Assembly (NCBI RefSeq): GCF_963921235.1
Contig: NC_086097.1
Coordinates: 126,978,001 to 127,042,000 of the forward strand
Length of the DNA stretch: 64,000 nt
Origin: Mobula hypostoma
Taxonomy: Eukaryota
Direction of reading: 5' to 3'
Below the pieces are notes generated by a model, which did not search any database, was not told the DNA's origin, and was given only the letters and a program-made list of their open reading frames with translations. This document shows, in pieces, positions 10,790 through 25,214 of this stretch; the first letter of the stretch is position 1; each line of letters begins with the position of its first letter. The translations under genes and the position numbers were made by a program.

Positions 10790-13300
10790 ATTCAAAGATC
10801 AAGGAAATTTATTATCGAAGTACATATATGTCACCATATACAGTCCTGAGATTTGTATTCTTGTGTGCATATCCAGTAAATTCAAGAAACGTAATAAAAT
10901 CAATGAAAGACCGCAGCCAACAGGATGGACAAACAACCATTGTGCAAAAGACAACAAATTGTGTAAGTACAAAAGAATAAATAAATAAGCAATAATATGG
11001 AGGACAGGAGATGAAGAGTCCTTGAAGTTATCCCCACTCGTTCAAGAGCATGATGGTTGAGGGCTAATAACTGTTCCTGAACCTGATGATGTGAGTCCTA
11101 AAGCTCCTGTGCCATCTTCCTGATGGCAGCATTGAGAAGAGAGCATGACTTGGGCAGTGCAGGTTCCTAACGATGGTTGCTGCTTTCCTGCGACAGCGTT
11201 CCGTGTAGAGGTGTTCAGTGGTGGGGAGGTGGTTGTTATAGCACCAGTCAGCAGGTTTTCAGTCTCCCTCCTATGTGCTGATTTGTCACCACCTTTGATT
11301 CGTCCTATCATCAGCACACTTGAATGGAGCATTGGAGCTGCACTCAGCCACACACTCATAAGTGTAAGGTGAGTAGAGCAGGGTCTAAGCACACAGCCTT
11401 GTGGTGCACTTGTGCTGATGGAGATTGTAGAGGAGATATTGCCAATCAGGAATGACTAGAGTCTGCAAATCGAGGATCCAATTGCACAAGGAAGTATTGA
11501 GACCATGTTCTTGTAGCTTATTGATTAGTTTTGAGGGGATGATGGTATTGACTACCAAGCTGTAGTCGATAAAGCTCATCCTGATGTATGCACTTTGCTG
11601 TCCTTATGTTCCATGATTGAGTGACAGCCAATATGATGGTATCTGTTGTGGACCTATTGTGCTGGTAGGCAAACTGGAGCGGATCCAAATCGCTTCTCAA
11701 GCGGGAGTTGATATGATACCAACCTCTCAAAACACTTCATGACAGTGGATGTAAGTGCTACTGCATTATTGTCATCGAGGTAGGTTACTATGTCCTTGGG
11801 CAATGTTATAACTGAAGCCTGCTTGAAGCAGGTGGTCACTTCATTCTGCTGAAGCAGGAGTGTAAGGATATCAGTGAATGCTCCAGCCCGTTGGTCAGCA
11901 CAGGTCTTTAGTACTTGGCCAGTTACTCAAAGCCAGCCGGTTGCTTTCCGCGTGTTCACCCTCTTGAAGGATAGTCCCACATCGGTCTCAGAGACTGACA
12001 TCACAGGTTCATTGGGGGGTGGGCGTGGGAGGTTGTGAATGTTACTCCATGTTTTGACAGTCAAAGAGAGCAGAGAAGGCATTAGGTTCACCTGGGAGTG
12101 AAGCCCTGTTGTCAGCTATGTTGCTTGGTTTCACTTTGTAAGAGATAATAGCATTCAAGCCCAGTCACAGCCGTTAAGCATCCTTCAAAAATTCAAAGTT
12201 AGTCTGAAATTGCCACTTTGCCTGTGAGATGGCTTTCCAGAGATTGTGCCTGCACCTCGTATCTGTCTCAGTCGGCAGACTTGAACGCCTCTGATCTGGC
12301 CCTTAGCAGATTGTGGATCTCATAATTCATCCAGGGCTTCTGTTTGGGGAGGACAGAATGATTTGGTGGGGACACACTCATCAATGACTGTTTCTGTTTC
12401 TTATACAGTCTGTGACAATCGTGATGTATTCACTCAGTTCTTCTGATGAGGACTTGAACACAGCCCAGTCCACCAACTCAAAGCAATCACATTAGCCACT
12501 TCTCTGCCTCCCACGACCACTTCTTTCTTGTCCTTATCTCAGGAGCTTTGCTCTTTAGCCTCTGCCGGTATGCAGATAGGAGAAGGACAGCCAAGTCGTC
12601 TGATTTCCCGTATTGAGGTCTGGGCATGGAATGGTAGGCATTTCTAATCTCAGTAAAGCAATGGTCCAGGTTTTGGGACCCCTGGTGCTGCAGGTTTTAT
12701 ACTGATGGTAATTGACAGTGATTTCTTCAAACAAGCCTGATTGAAATCACTGACTATGATTTGAAATGTGTTTGGGTGGACTGTTTCTTGTTTGGTGATG
12801 GCAGCATTCAAGATCTCGAGTGGCTTATTACCATCTGCTTTTGGTGGTATGTGAACTGCAGTCAGAATCATGGAGAAGAACTCTTTTGGTAAGAAGAATG
12901 GTTGGCACTTAACCTTTTGATGTTCCAGGTGGGGGGAACAAGAGTATGACAAAATCGTTACATTGGAGCACCACAAACTTTATCATGAAACACACATCCT
13001 CACCTTTTGCCTTCTCTGAATCAGTGGTTGGTCCATCCCATGTATCGAGAAGCCTTTGGGTCTTATCATTGGCAGTGTCCAGAGTGAGCCATGTCTTCAT
13101 GAAACAGAGTGCAGCAATTCCTCATTTCCCTCTAATACAGCAATCTTGCCCCAAGGTCCTCAGTCATATTCTCCAGCGACTGCACATTTGTTAACAAGAT
13201 GCTGGGGAGAGGGAATCTCATTTCTCTGCATTTCAGCCTGACTTGGTGTCCATCCCTTCTTCCTCACTTCTGGTCATGGCCATATACCTTCATCCGTATA
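10790..13300 (-). mobile_element. Rex1/Babar-like LINE (APE plus RT fragments)
   Basis: [52 protein letters not shown]. Confidence 0.8.
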
Positions 13301-16300
13301 AAGGTGCCGCACCTGCATGCTTGAGAGTTAAGTCTGCGGAGTCCTTCAGAAGATCATGAAATCGCTAGTTCATTAAGGTGGTTCAAAAGTGTGCTGCTTA
13401 GAATGACATTGCATGCTGCAGATTGCAGTGAGAGTAATTCAAAAGAAGTATATTTAGAAGTTTTATAAGCAGCCCGCAGTATGCTGCCGTGGTTCACTGG
13501 AGCCATCGTGATGATATACCCTGAATAAGTGCACTTTCAATGACCTTTAATAAGTTCCACATCAAAAAGCTGCGTTCACCCCTGCCCACACCCACTCTGC
13601 TCTCACTCTGGATAGCATAACTAGCATGACAGTAAATGCATTAAACAAATCTAGCAAATGATGATTAATACATTATAGTACAATAAATAAATATTCCAGA
13701 AGCAAGAGAAAAACATTTCCATCTTTTTTGCCAGAGTCAAATATTGTGTGTGAGATTGATGCTGTTTTGTACTCAACTCCATATTTCATCCCATTAACTT
13801 TGTGGAGTTCAATCGATGAAAGTGAGAACTAGCCACTGAGGCTTGTGCATACTTTTAGTGGTAGCAACCATAAAGGAAATCCTTTGTCTTATCGGACAGA
13901 TCTTCAACTTAGTTCCCAGTCCTGCTCACTACTCTCCTATACCCACCAATCACCCCCACACCAACTTGCCCTGGACATGTGAGATGTTGCAGAATTATCC
14001 AGTCAGCTACTGTAGGTGTCTCAGCCTCAGGTGGTGTATCCTGAGGCCCTGTCACCCCAACAATCCTTCTGAGAGCAGAAGCATTTTACAAAAAAGTGCT
14101 ATTTTTACAGTTGCCAAAAGAAAAAAAATGGTTGAAGAACTAGAAATTAATTAAAACATAAAGTACTAGTCCCACCTGTATTGACCATTTCACTCAGAAA
14201 CAATGGCTACATGCTTTTTTTTTGTCTTACTCCAGCATCCCTGGTGTAAGCTCCTCATCCCTCTACATCCACACTCCACCCTTGGTCTCTCTACTGAGTC
14301 CAGCAGATCAGGAGTGCTGATGCTCTCCCCCATCGTCCAGCTCCATTCCAACTTCTCCATTTCAATGCACAGGTGTCGAAGTTGGTGAGTGGTGGAGAGC
14401 TGGCACCCTGAGTTGAACAGCCTCAGTCATTGTACTGTGTGTAGTATATTTAATATTTCAGCATTGTAAATATATTATTTGATAAAGCATTCTTTGTTTA
14501 CATAATTCATGATGGATTATATGTAAGAAGTACATGAATGGCATACATCATCACTAACAAAGAAGAAAAATAAGTACACAAGTATCCGGGCTCCTGCATT
14601 TTTCTTTAAATTAGTTTCTGGAGTTACAAAACATTAACAGTGCTGATGAGGAAGTTTAAAAATGAACCGAAGACAACTACCTACTGTACCAGCATGTTTT
14701 TCCTCGGAAAGGAAGAAAAAATTTCGAGTCTTTTTTTAAAAACGTCAGAAAATAGACTAAGTTAACAAGCAACAAGTGTGACCGGGGGTTCATGGTCAGT
14801 AAGTACTGGGAGATAATAATTTTTTTTTAAATGGAGAAATGGTAAGCTACATTGAAAAGATAGACATGTTTGATTGCACAAGAGATAACTGGATGATGCA
14901 TACCGAAGAAATTGAGTAGTATTTTGAAGCAAATGAAATAGCGGATTGAAAAGCTAGTGTCAGTATTGTTGACTGCAAAAGTGGGAAAGCATGCAGTTTG
15001 CTTAGAAGTTTAAAGTGTTAAGTCCAACCAAACCAGCCGATATAAGCTTTGCTGATATTATGGTCGCAATGCAGGAGCATTTAGAATCTAAACCATTGTT
15101 GATTGCACAATGCTTTAAGTTTCATAAGCAGAATCAAAAGGAAGGGGAGTCCACTTCAGCTTACGTGGTTGAATTGAAGAAATTGTCTGATGGGCTTAAT
15201 GATGTACTGAGGGGTCATTTGGTTTGTGGAATCTTGCAAGAAAGCATTCAAAACTGGCTCCTAACTAAAGCACAACTCATATTTAAAAGAGCAGTTGAAA
15301 TTGGCGTATCAATGGAAACAGCAGCCAGAGATGCAATTGAATTGCAATCAGGAATGAAAGTGAGCATGAACAAAATTGCAACGTCTAAACAGAAACCTGC
15401 CCTGGTGAATGAATTATATTACTATTGTGGCAGGGGCTCCCATACACCAGACCAATGGAAGTTTAAAGACTAACTGCAGAAAATCAACAAATTAGGACAC
15501 ATTCAAAGAGCATGTCAGGCAGAAAAAATAAATGGACTGCATAGGGAAGAGAAAAAGATAATAAGTTAAGTTGCAGTTTCAAAAAGAGCAGTAATCTGCA
15601 TGCCATTGATTAAAAATCTGATAATGATGAGAATGATATAGGACTAGGTTAGCCTTGAGATTTACAATGTGAAATTTAACAAGAGACAAGTAACATGGCT
15701 TACATCAGAAGTGAGTGGCAAATTAATTAAAATGGAACTGGACACTGGCTCAGCTATTTCAGTCATTCCACAAAATGAGCTTGAGTGGCCTTTTAGCTGA
15801 ACTACGCAAATATACAACTAAGGACTTATACTGGAGAAAGATAACTCCTGTGGGAATAATTAGATTAGATTAGATTCAACTTTATTGACATTGTGCCAAG
15901 TACAGATATAAAGCCAATGAAATGCAATTAGCATCTGTCCAGAAATGCAAAGAATAGTGTTATTTACAAAATAACTGCGAATAAAAAAAGTGCTGCAGTA
16001 CACAAATATAAAAGTACTGAGACAGTACAATACAGATGCAGTACTGCTTAGTGCTGTCAATGACATTCATAGCAGTGAAATACAACAACCAACAAGCCAC
16101 ATTGGGCTTGTATGTGGTAAAAACAGGAGGGCCAGCATTATGGAGCTGTGAATGGCTGCAACAACTACAATGTGATTGGAGATCCATCCACCATTTGCAT
16201 GCTACATCCCCTGCAACAGAGTCAACTGAAAGCAAATTAAGAAAGATGCTGGATTGTGCCATAGCATTGTTCAAGGATGCTTTTGGAAAACTCAAACATA

Positions 16301-17199
16301 ACAAAGGTAAAATAGTACTTAATGAAAATGCCACACTTGTGTTTTATAAAGCCCATCCAGTTCCTTATAACATCTTTGATAAAGTAGCCAGCGAGCTAGC
16401 TCACATGGAGGCTGAAGAAATTCTTTCCAAGGTTGCGAGGAGTCCATGGGCAATGCCACTGGTCCCTTATTTTTGGAGTAGCATCTACACCTGCAGTCTG
16501 GCAGAAAGCTATAGACCAAGTACTGCAAGGTTGCCCAGGCATTTAGTGTTTACCTGGATGACAAGGAATATCTCCAAAATCTCAAGACAACGTTTAAAAA
16601 GATCAGAAGATTGCGCGCTCAGACCATGATGCAACAAATGTGAATTCTTTCAAACAAACATCACTTACTGTGGTCACACTATTGACACACAAGAATTTCA
16701 CAAGTGTGCTGAGAAAATTCAAGCAGTGGTGGATGCCCCATGACTAAAGCAAGTGTCACAGTTGCAATCCTATTTAGGATTTGTCAATTACTATAACAGG
16801 TTCCTGCCAAACTGGCTACTGTATTCCACCTCTTGAAATCATTACTACAGATTGGGAAGAAATGGCAATGGACAAAGCCGTATGAGCTCGCTTTTTAAAG
16901 TGACAATTACTAGATTGATTTCAAGAGGACAATTAATCATGGAAATGCTGATGGATTGTCCCATTTACCATTGGAAAAGGAAATACCTGAAAAATTACAA
17001 AAGATGACACTCCTCTTGTTGTGTTTTCCCTAATGGAAATTGAAAGTCTTCCTAATATGGCTGAGATGATCCAAAGGGAAATAGAAAAGACCCACACTGT
17101 CTCAGGTCTGTATGGCAACCCAAAATGGCTGGAATGTGCAGCAAAAATTCCAATTCCTCCATTTTTACCTGCACTGGAATGAACTTGCCCTTGATGGGG

Positions 17200-17424
17200 A
17201 CAACAGGAATTCTGCAGATGCTGGAAACTCAAGCAACACACATCAAAGTTGCTGGTGAACGCAGCAGGCCAAGCAGCATCTGTAGGAAGAGGTGCAGTCG
17301 ACGTTTCAGGCCGAGACCCTTCTTCAGTCCTGATGAAGGGTCTCGGCCTGAAACGTCGACTGCACCTCTTCCTACAGATGCTGCTTGGCCTGCTGCGTTC
17401 ACCAGCAACTTTGATGTGTGTTGC
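17200..17424. mobile_element. Palindromic Penelope pseudo-LTR mini-element with 15-bp TSD
   Basis: Perfect 90-bp inverted arms 17233-17322 and 17335-17424; TSD ttgcccttgatgggg at 17185-99 and 17421-35. Confidence 0.88.
17325..17362 (+). ncRNA. Minimal type I hammerhead ribozyme (Penelope type)
   Basis: CAGUC-CUGAUGA-stem II-GAAA-C-GUC-GACUG; stem I CAGUC/GACUG; palindromic ACGU stem III as in dimeric PLE hammerheads. Confidence 0.85.
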
Positions 17425-17534
17425 CCTTGATGGGGGTTGCCTTATATGGGGATTGAGAGTTGTTCTATCATTCAAGCTGAGAGCTAAAGTGTTGGAGGAG
17501 TTACATGCTTGTCATTTAGGCATCGTCAAATATT

Positions 17535-18152
17535 GTCTGACTGCTTCACAGCCTGTTATAGAAACACCAATCCCCTTGAATGGAAAATCCTACAAAAAGT
17601 TAGGATATGGCCCAGTCCATTGCAGGTAAAGCCCTGCACAGCATGGAACACATCTACACAAAGCGTAGTTGCAGGAAAGCATCATCCATTATTAGGGACC
17701 CCCATCACCCAGGACATGCTCTCTTCTCATTTTTGCCATCAGGAAAAAGGTACAGGAGCCTCAGGCCTCTCACCACCAGGTTCATGAACAGTTATTGCCC
17801 CTTAACCGTCAGGCTCTTAAACCAACGATAACTTCATTCAACTTCACGTGCTCATCACTGAAGCGTTCCCACAACCTATGGACTCACTTTCGAGGACTCT
17901 TCATCTCATGTTCCTGATATTTATCGCTTGCTTGCTTGCTTATTTATTTATTTATTTATTTATTTTCTTTTTGTATTTGCACAGCTTGTCTTTTGCACAC
18001 TGGTTGAAAGCCCAAGTTGATGTGGTCTTTCATTAATTCTAGAATGGTTGTTATTCTTTGATGTATTTATTGTGTATGCCTGCAGGAAAATGAATGTCTG
18101 GATAGTATATACTGACATATATGTTCTTTGATAATAAATCTACTTTGAACTT
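17535..18152 (+). mobile_element. Rex1-like LINE 3' end
   Basis: RKASSIIRDPHHPGHALFSFLPSGKRYRSL..RFMNSY. Confidence 0.75.
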
Positions 18153-18513
18153 TATTTAGGGTAGGGGGTTCCCAACATGCAGTTCATGGTCACCTTGGTT
18201 AATGGTAGTGGTTCATGGCCTAAAAGATTGAGAACCCCTGATTTAGGGGAACATCTTGGATTAATGTAATTGGATGCATTCAAGGACCAGTGAGTGAGGG
18301 GGTAACAAAGGGTTTGATGGCAGATGAAGAAGGCTGGAAAAAGCTTGTGTGTTCATGAGTGCTGGTGTGGACTGATCAGGCTGAATGGCCTTTCTCTTAG
18401 CTGCTAAGTATTGTTAAGATTAAAATGTATTGAAAGGAAAAATGTGTACAGAGCATCATATAAAATCAGTTATTTTGTCATCTTGACAGCAAATCTACAT
18501 TATTTGCTTTCAG

Positions 18514-18567
18514 GGAGGGCCTGGGGTTCCAGGAGTAAATGGACATCCAGGACCACCTGGTTTAAAG
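18514..18567 (+). CDS. Collagen triple-helix exon (54 bp): GGPGVPGVNGHPGPPGLK
   Basis: Acceptor tttgctttcAG, six Gly-X-Y triplets, donor GTAGG at 18568. Confidence 0.92.
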
Positions 18568-19336
18568 GTAGGATACATTTTATGTTATCTCTAAATATAG
18601 TGTTGTGGTACCTGGTTCCAATTTTGAATTCTTCTGTTATTCTTATATATAACTTCGAGCCAAGCACTTCTTGGCAGTTTAGTGGATACGGATAAAACTG
18701 GAACTTCACTATGGGTAGGACAGATGTCTAAGTTACATAAGATGTTATGTAACAAGAAGTGTCTATTAAACTTTGCACCAGAGATTTAACTTTTATTGGA
18801 TTGCATTTTGAAAATCAGTGAACCACACAAAGATATTTGATGGCCCAAATGATTACCCTGCTTGGCACATTATACACTTATACAGTTGTGTGGTGTCGTT
18901 GTATAAAAGTGGAAAATCAACCAACTTGTAGGAAGAGTAAAGGTTCTGCAATTAATGTTCCTCCTTTTCCCATTTCTAAACAGTTTAATTGTTTGGTTTA
19001 AAAGTTTCTTTCTAAATCATAGTTATCCAACTGGCAACTCCATGAAGAGCCAATGTACTTTTCTTTTTACATGCAAACCAAATCAAAATATTATAGTTGT
19101 CTGGCAGCAGAGTTCTCACCTCTAACTTTCTGTCTTGTTTGAATGAAGGAACTACATCAGGTGGTTTTTGGCAACAGTTGAACTTTTCCCAAGGCTTGGC
19201 TACACGTATTCACACTATTGAGCAATATTGAAGGCAATTAGATGCCAGAGGGTCGAGATAGTGGAACTTGGTGCCATATGGAAACAATAAAAAAAGAGTG
19301 TAGAAATATGCTGAGGAAAGAGGTGAGATTGGATTA

Positions 19337-20580
19337 CAGCAACACACACAAAATGCTGGAGGAACTCAGCAGGTCAGGCAGCATCTATGGAAATGAATAA
19401 TCAGTCGACGTTTTGGGCCAAGACCCTTCATCAGGACTGGAAAGGAAGGGGAAGAAGCCAGGATAAGAAGGTGGGGGAAGGGGAAGAAGTACAAGCTAGA
19501 AGGTGAGAGGTGATGCCGGTACCATTTGAGTGGGGGAGGGGGGATGTAGTAAGAAACTGGAAGGTGATAGGTGGAAAAGGTAAAGGGCTGAAGGAGAAAG
19601 AATCTGATAGGAGAGCAGAGTGGACCATGGGAGAAAGGGAAGTGGGAGGGGCATCAGGGTGAGGCGAGAGGCAGGTAACAATAAAGGTAAGATGGTGGGG
19701 CCAGAGTGGGGAATTGAAGAAGAGGGAAGGAGGAGGGAGAAAAATTACTGAATATCAGAGTAACTGATGCTCATGCCATCAGGTTGGAGGCTGCCAAGAT
19801 GGAATATGAAGTGTTGCTCCTCCAACCTGAGAGTGACCTTAACATGGCAGTAAAGGAGTCCATAGACTGAAATGTCAAAATGGGAATGGAGATTGGAATT
19901 AAAATGGTTGGCCACCGGGAAATCATGCATTTTGCAGATGGCGCGAAGGTGCTCTACAAAGTAGTTCCCTAATCTATGTTGGGTCTCACCAGCGTGGAAC
20001 AGGCTGCAAAGTGAGCACCAGATGCAGTTCATGACCCCAACAGATTCACAGGTGAAGTGTTGCCCCACCTGGAAGGACTGTTTGGGGCCCTGAGTGGAGG
20101 TGAGGAAGGAGGTGAATGGGCAGATGTAGCATTTCCTCTCCTTGCAGGAATAAGTAGCAGGAGGGAGATTCTTAGGGAGGGATGAGTGGACAATGAAATC
20201 ACAGAGGGAGTGATCCCCCTGGAAAGCGGAGAATGGTGGTGGGGGCGGGGGAATGTCAAGATATTTTTAGTCCTGTTGAAGTTAGTGTAAGTTGTAGAGA
20301 ATGGTGTGCTGGATGAGAAGGCTGTCATGGGCTAGGAGGTGAGGACAAGCGGAACTCTATCCCAGTTAAGGTGGTGGGAAGGCTTGATCTCCTTCCTCTC
20401 CCCTCACCTTGTTATTCTGGCTTCTTCCTCCTTCCCTTCCAGTTCTGATGAAGAGTCTAGGCCCTGAAATGCTAATTGTTTGTTTTTGTTCCATAGATGC
20501 CTGAACTCCTGAGATCCTCCAGGTTTTTTTGTGTGTGTTGCTCTGGGTTTCCAGCATCTGCAGAATCTCTTGTGTTTATG
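19337..20580 (-). mobile_element. Penelope-like element: GIY-YIG endonuclease remnant with pseudo-LTR and inverted 5' pseudo-LTR (about 20385-20580, +)
   Basis: FTCESVGV..CIWCSLC..HAGETQHRL..FVEHLR..PVANHFN; degenerate hammerheads at about 19402-19440 (-) and 20439-20478 (+). Confidence 0.82.
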
Positions 20581-21213
20581 ATTAGAGAAATAGTTTGATG
20601 GGGTGACATGTTTTATGTAGAAGAAGATATAATGAGAAAATTGTATTTTTGAAGCTTTGTGAGAGACAGGTCATTGAAATCAAGGCTCCTCACCAACTAG
20701 TGACACCATAATATTTATGCTAAATCAAGTGAGATTGCTGACTGAATGACTTATCAGTTAATGTGAATTATCGGTTAACTTGAATGGCCTTGTCATCTGT
20801 TTTTTTTCAAAGTGTAAACTAAGATGAACACTTGGATATAGGTATACTTTAAGTAACATATCCCTTACTATTTAATCTGATGAATATATATTTTGCACCA
20901 TATGTAATGATGTGTCAATGTAATCAAATAATTTGTTAGAAGGTGCATATCTGAAGGGAACTTTGCTTTTGGAAAATGGCGACTCTGAGATAAAGCAAAA
21001 ATCATATTGAGATCATTGAATGGTTGTGTGGTTGATGTGCCAGTTTCATTACTTAACAGCTATTACTCACATTCTCTCCTGGTTTTCAAATTATCCTTTG
21101 ATGTGTTTTGTGCGTTAAGGTCCCACTTGAAAGATTGTTTTCCTTCCTCTTTTACTGGCTATGCTAACTTGTGGAGATATTAGTCCAAATGTAGTTAACC
21201 TATTCAAAGTGTC

Positions 21214-21636
21214 TGTGATGAAGGCCCGTCACTAACTACGGACGGCACATGGCGCACTCGGTGAAACACTCATCCCCAGCAGTAATAGTGACTGGGTCTG
21301 AACCAGAGCTGCTGCATGGAGCTGTCTCATATAGAGACAGCAGCAATCTGCACAGCTGTGCAGATGGCGGAGGATACCATCTTTAATTGGATAATTGAGT
21401 TAATTAGCTTTTGGCTGGTCTAGGGGGAGGGGCTTAGCCGTTATAAGCCTCAGGTTACCAAGGCTTTAGGGTTAGTTTTCTTTGGTGCTTAGTCTGAGGG
21501 TGGCTATATATATTGCTTCCCCCCCCCCCCAGTTTTTGGCTTGTTTTGAGGTAAATAAAGGCACGTCAATTTATTATTGCGACTCAAGCCATCTGGTTAT
21601 TTTTCTTAAACAATTGACCCACAGTTTATTGTGACA
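21214..21636 (+). mobile_element. Solo LTR
   Basis: TG...CA termini, 5-bp TSD gtgtc (21209-13, 21637-41), TATA-like and AATAAA motifs inside. Confidence 0.75.
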
Positions 21637-21859
21637 GTGTCCTTCCTCTGATTTCAGAAGCATGTTGATCTTCCTGAGTGAAGGTTAACTTCAATGATTT
21701 ACAGAATAAGGGGTAGCCCATTTAGAATTGCGATCAGGGGAAACTTCTTCAGAGAATGGCTAAACTTTAGAATTCTCTGCCCCTGAAACCTGTGAAGCCT
21801 CAGTACTTGGGTTTGTTCAAAACAGTTCTGTAGAATTGCCTAATGCCATGATAGGTCTA

Positions 21860-23050
21860 TGGCAGACACAATCTCAGTGGCTCTTCACGTGGCCTTAGAT
21901 CACCTGGACAGTACAAACAACTATGTCAGGACTATAGCTCAGCATTCAGCTGCATAATTCCTACAGTCCTGATTAAAAAGTTACAGAGCGTGGTCCTCTG
22001 TACTTCTCTCTGCAATTGGATCCTCAACTTCCTAACCGGAAGACCACAATCTATGCGGATTGGTAATAAGATCTCCTCACTGATGATCAACACTGACACA
22101 CTTCAGTGTGTTTAGTCCACTTCCCTACTCTCTTTACACCAGTAACTGTGTGGCTAGGCACAGCTCAAGTGCTATCTATAAATTTGCTGATGATATAACA
22201 ATTGTTGGCAGAATCTCAGATTGAGACGAGAGGGCGTACAGGAGTGAGATATACCAGCTAGTTGAGTGGTGTCACAGCAACAATCTTGCACTCTATGTCA
22301 GTAAGACCAAAGAGCTGATTGTGGACTTCAGAAAGTGTAAGAAGGGAGGGCACAAACCAATCCTCATGGAGGGATCAGAAGTGGAGAGAGTGAGCAACTT
22401 CAAGTTCCTGAGTATTCATATCTCTAAGGATCTATGTGGTCCCAACATATCGTTGCAATTATGAAGAGGGCAAGGCAGCAGCTATATTTCATTAGGAATT
22501 TGAAGAGATTTGATTTGTCACCTAAAACACTTGAAAACTTCTGCAGATGTACCGTGGTATGGGGGCGTGGGGGGGTGGTGGTGGAGGCTACAGCATCAGA
22601 TTGATAGTAGTCACAGAAAGTCGTAAAATTAGTCAGCTCCATTATGGGCACTAGCCTCCGTAGTTTCCAGGACACCTTCAAGGAGCGGTGCCTCAGAAAG
22701 GCGGTGACCATCGTTAAGGACCCCCATCACCAAGGACATGCCTTCTTCTCAATGTTACCATTAGGAAGGAGGTACAGAAGCCTGAAGGCCCATATTCAGC
22801 GGTTCAGGAACAGGACCGGTTCCCTTCTGTCACCCAATTTCCAGATGGGCATCAAACCCATGATCACTACCTCACTATTTTTCAAATTATTTCTCTTTTT
22901 GCACTATTTTTATTTTAACTATTTAATAAACACATACATACTTACTGTAATTGATTTATTTTTTTCTTATATCATGTATAGCATTGTACTGCTGCCACTA
23001 AGTTAACAAATTTCACAATATATGCCGGTGTTATTAAACCTGATTCTGAT
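21860..23050 (+). mobile_element. Rex1-like LINE RT C-terminal/3' fragment
   Basis: LCNWIL, KFADD, KTKELIVDFR, KDPHHQGHAFFSMLPLGRRYRSL. Confidence 0.8.
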
Positions 23051-24139
23051 AGAATTCTGGATAATATGGGGATGAAATGATCTGGAGATAATGTTATGGT
23101 TCTGCTGTAATAGGTAGATCAGTTTTGATCCAACTTAATTGCTGGGCTAAGTTCAAAGGGCAAATTGACCTACTCTTGCTTCTGTTTCTTGTGTTTTGGT
23201 GTGGCAAAGCAGACTGCCACTGGGATGGAAGTGCATTAAATGTTGTTTACACTGAATACTTAATGGAATAATAAATGCACATCGAATTAAGTGGAACTAA
23301 TATTAGAAGCAGAGTGTGATGAAACTATCCTAAAAAGAAGGACAAACTTCTGCCTCTTTTTTTGTCCTGATTTGATTAGAACAGAACAGGTTGAGCAGGG
23401 TACATTAGAAAAGCAATCAATTAAGCAGATCAAGCTTTTCAGATATCTGGAATGCATTGCCCAGAATAGTCGTAGAGGCTGATACAATAAGAAAGACATT
23501 TCAAAGGCTTTTAGATAGGCCCATGGATGTTAGAAAAATGGAGGGTTATGGGTTGTTTAAGGGGGAAGGATTAGATTAATTGTGGAGTGGGTTTATAGAA
23601 TGGGCATAACATAATGGGCCAAAAGACCTGGGTTATTCTGTTGAAAGAATTAGCCCCACAAAATACAAATCTTCCAAATCTGCATATAATACAAAAAAGT
23701 ATGAACAATGGCTTTATAGGATTGGATATTGTTACTTTTTGTTTCTCAGCCACTAAATGGCCAAAGTGAGAGCTCATTTTTCAATCATGCCACACTGTTT
23801 TTTTGATTCCACAGTATTGTATGATTAAAAATTGACTTTACCCTTGGGTAAATCAAGATAATGCTTTTTTCTGGGTTAGATCACACCATTCCAACAACCG
23901 GACTGCATGTTTCCTGGAATGATGCCCAGGAACATGCAATGCGATCTCTGCAACAGCCATACATGGAATAACATCACTCTTTCAGTACTGCTACTCTTAC
24001 AGCGTCTTGGGGAAATTTTACTCAAGTTGTGCACAATGAAAGGTTTTCCTGGAACGTGTTGGCCATTTGCAAACAAATGTCACACACAAAAACTAAATTT
24101 TTAAAAACAGCATGAAAATGCATATGGCATAAAAATTGA

Positions 24140-24754
24140 TGCTGCTATTGATAGTGAGGAGTATGGTCTTAGGCTAAAAGATGATATTGATCTGTATTTA
24201 AATTGGCATGAGCAATATCAGATGGAATTTAGCCAGTTAAGTATATATGAAACCCAAAGATTCCTACAGGTGACAGCAAAGATAGATAAAAGCATATGCA
24301 ATGCTTTCCTTCATTAGCCATGGCATAGAATATAATAGTAAAGTGTTTGTTTAACTTCATAAAATATTGATTAGGGCATAACTACAATATTATATACAGT
24401 TCTGGACACCAAATTGTTGGAGGGATGTGATTGCACTAGAAATGGTGCACTGCATATTCACCAAGACATCGTCTGGGATGGAATATCTCGTTTATGAGGA
24501 GATCCTGGATAGGCATGGTATGTTTCCCTGAGGGTTTACAAAATTGCATTTAAGCTAAGAGAGGGTAAGTTCAGAGGAGATGTGCGGGCCAAGTTTGCAG
24601 GTTTTCTTACAGTGTGGCAGATGCTTGGTTTGCACAGCGGGGATGGGGGGATAGTGAAGGCAAATTGATAGAGGCATTTAAAAAAAACTCTTAGGCACAT
24701 GAATGTGCAGAGGGATGTCAACACTATGTAGACAGAGGAATTAATTCAATTAGG
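24140..24754 (+). mobile_element. Degenerate CR1 3' fragment
   Basis: Resembles the CR1 RT C-terminus and 3' UTR seen at 6350-7745. Confidence 0.55.
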
Positions 24755-25214
24755 TGTAATGCCCTGATTCATATTATTTTTTATGGTTATGCTGTTCTGT
24801 ATTTCATTTTGTGTTGTTCTGTGCAAGCTGCTTGTTTGGGTTACTGTTGAAGATAAGAGACAGGAGAATTGTGGTGATTAGGGTGGCCGGATTAAGGGGA
24901 GGTTTCTCTGGTGAGGGACACTAATGTTGAGCTTGGGGCTTTTGTCAAGGGGATGAAGATGTTGGAGAGAAGAGGTCGTAGGATTCGACCCGGAGTGGGG
25001 CCGTGATTAGATAAAGCCCGGGTTGAGATCGAAGGAGGATCAGTGAAGGGGAAACCATGAGCTCCAACTTGTGCACATTAGACTGTTTCATTAAACTGGG
25101 CCCTTTCCTTTTTTTGTTCTTTCTTTACTAACCCTTTAGTCAAATTAAGAATTATAAAGCTAAAGCTTTTAATTGTATGCTTTTTAATTGTCTGTTATTT
25201 CATGGCACTCATTT

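Larger units (their letters stand above)
14436..17530 (+). mobile_element. Degenerate Gypsy-like LTR retrotransposon (probable 5' LTR, gag, protease, RT/RNase H remnants)
   Basis: Gag KPLLIAQCFKFHKQNQKEGES, degenerate CCHC, protease MELDTGSAISVI near 15731, RT remnants LGFVNYYNRFLP, KVLEELHACHLG. Confidence 0.8.

Noticed and set aside
16933..17629. Overlapping ORFs with the same peptide on both strands
   Set aside because: Artefact of the perfect DNA palindrome
18411..18695. 94-aa ORF over the collagen exon
   Set aside because: Wrong frame; the real signal is the 54-bp Gly-X-Y exon
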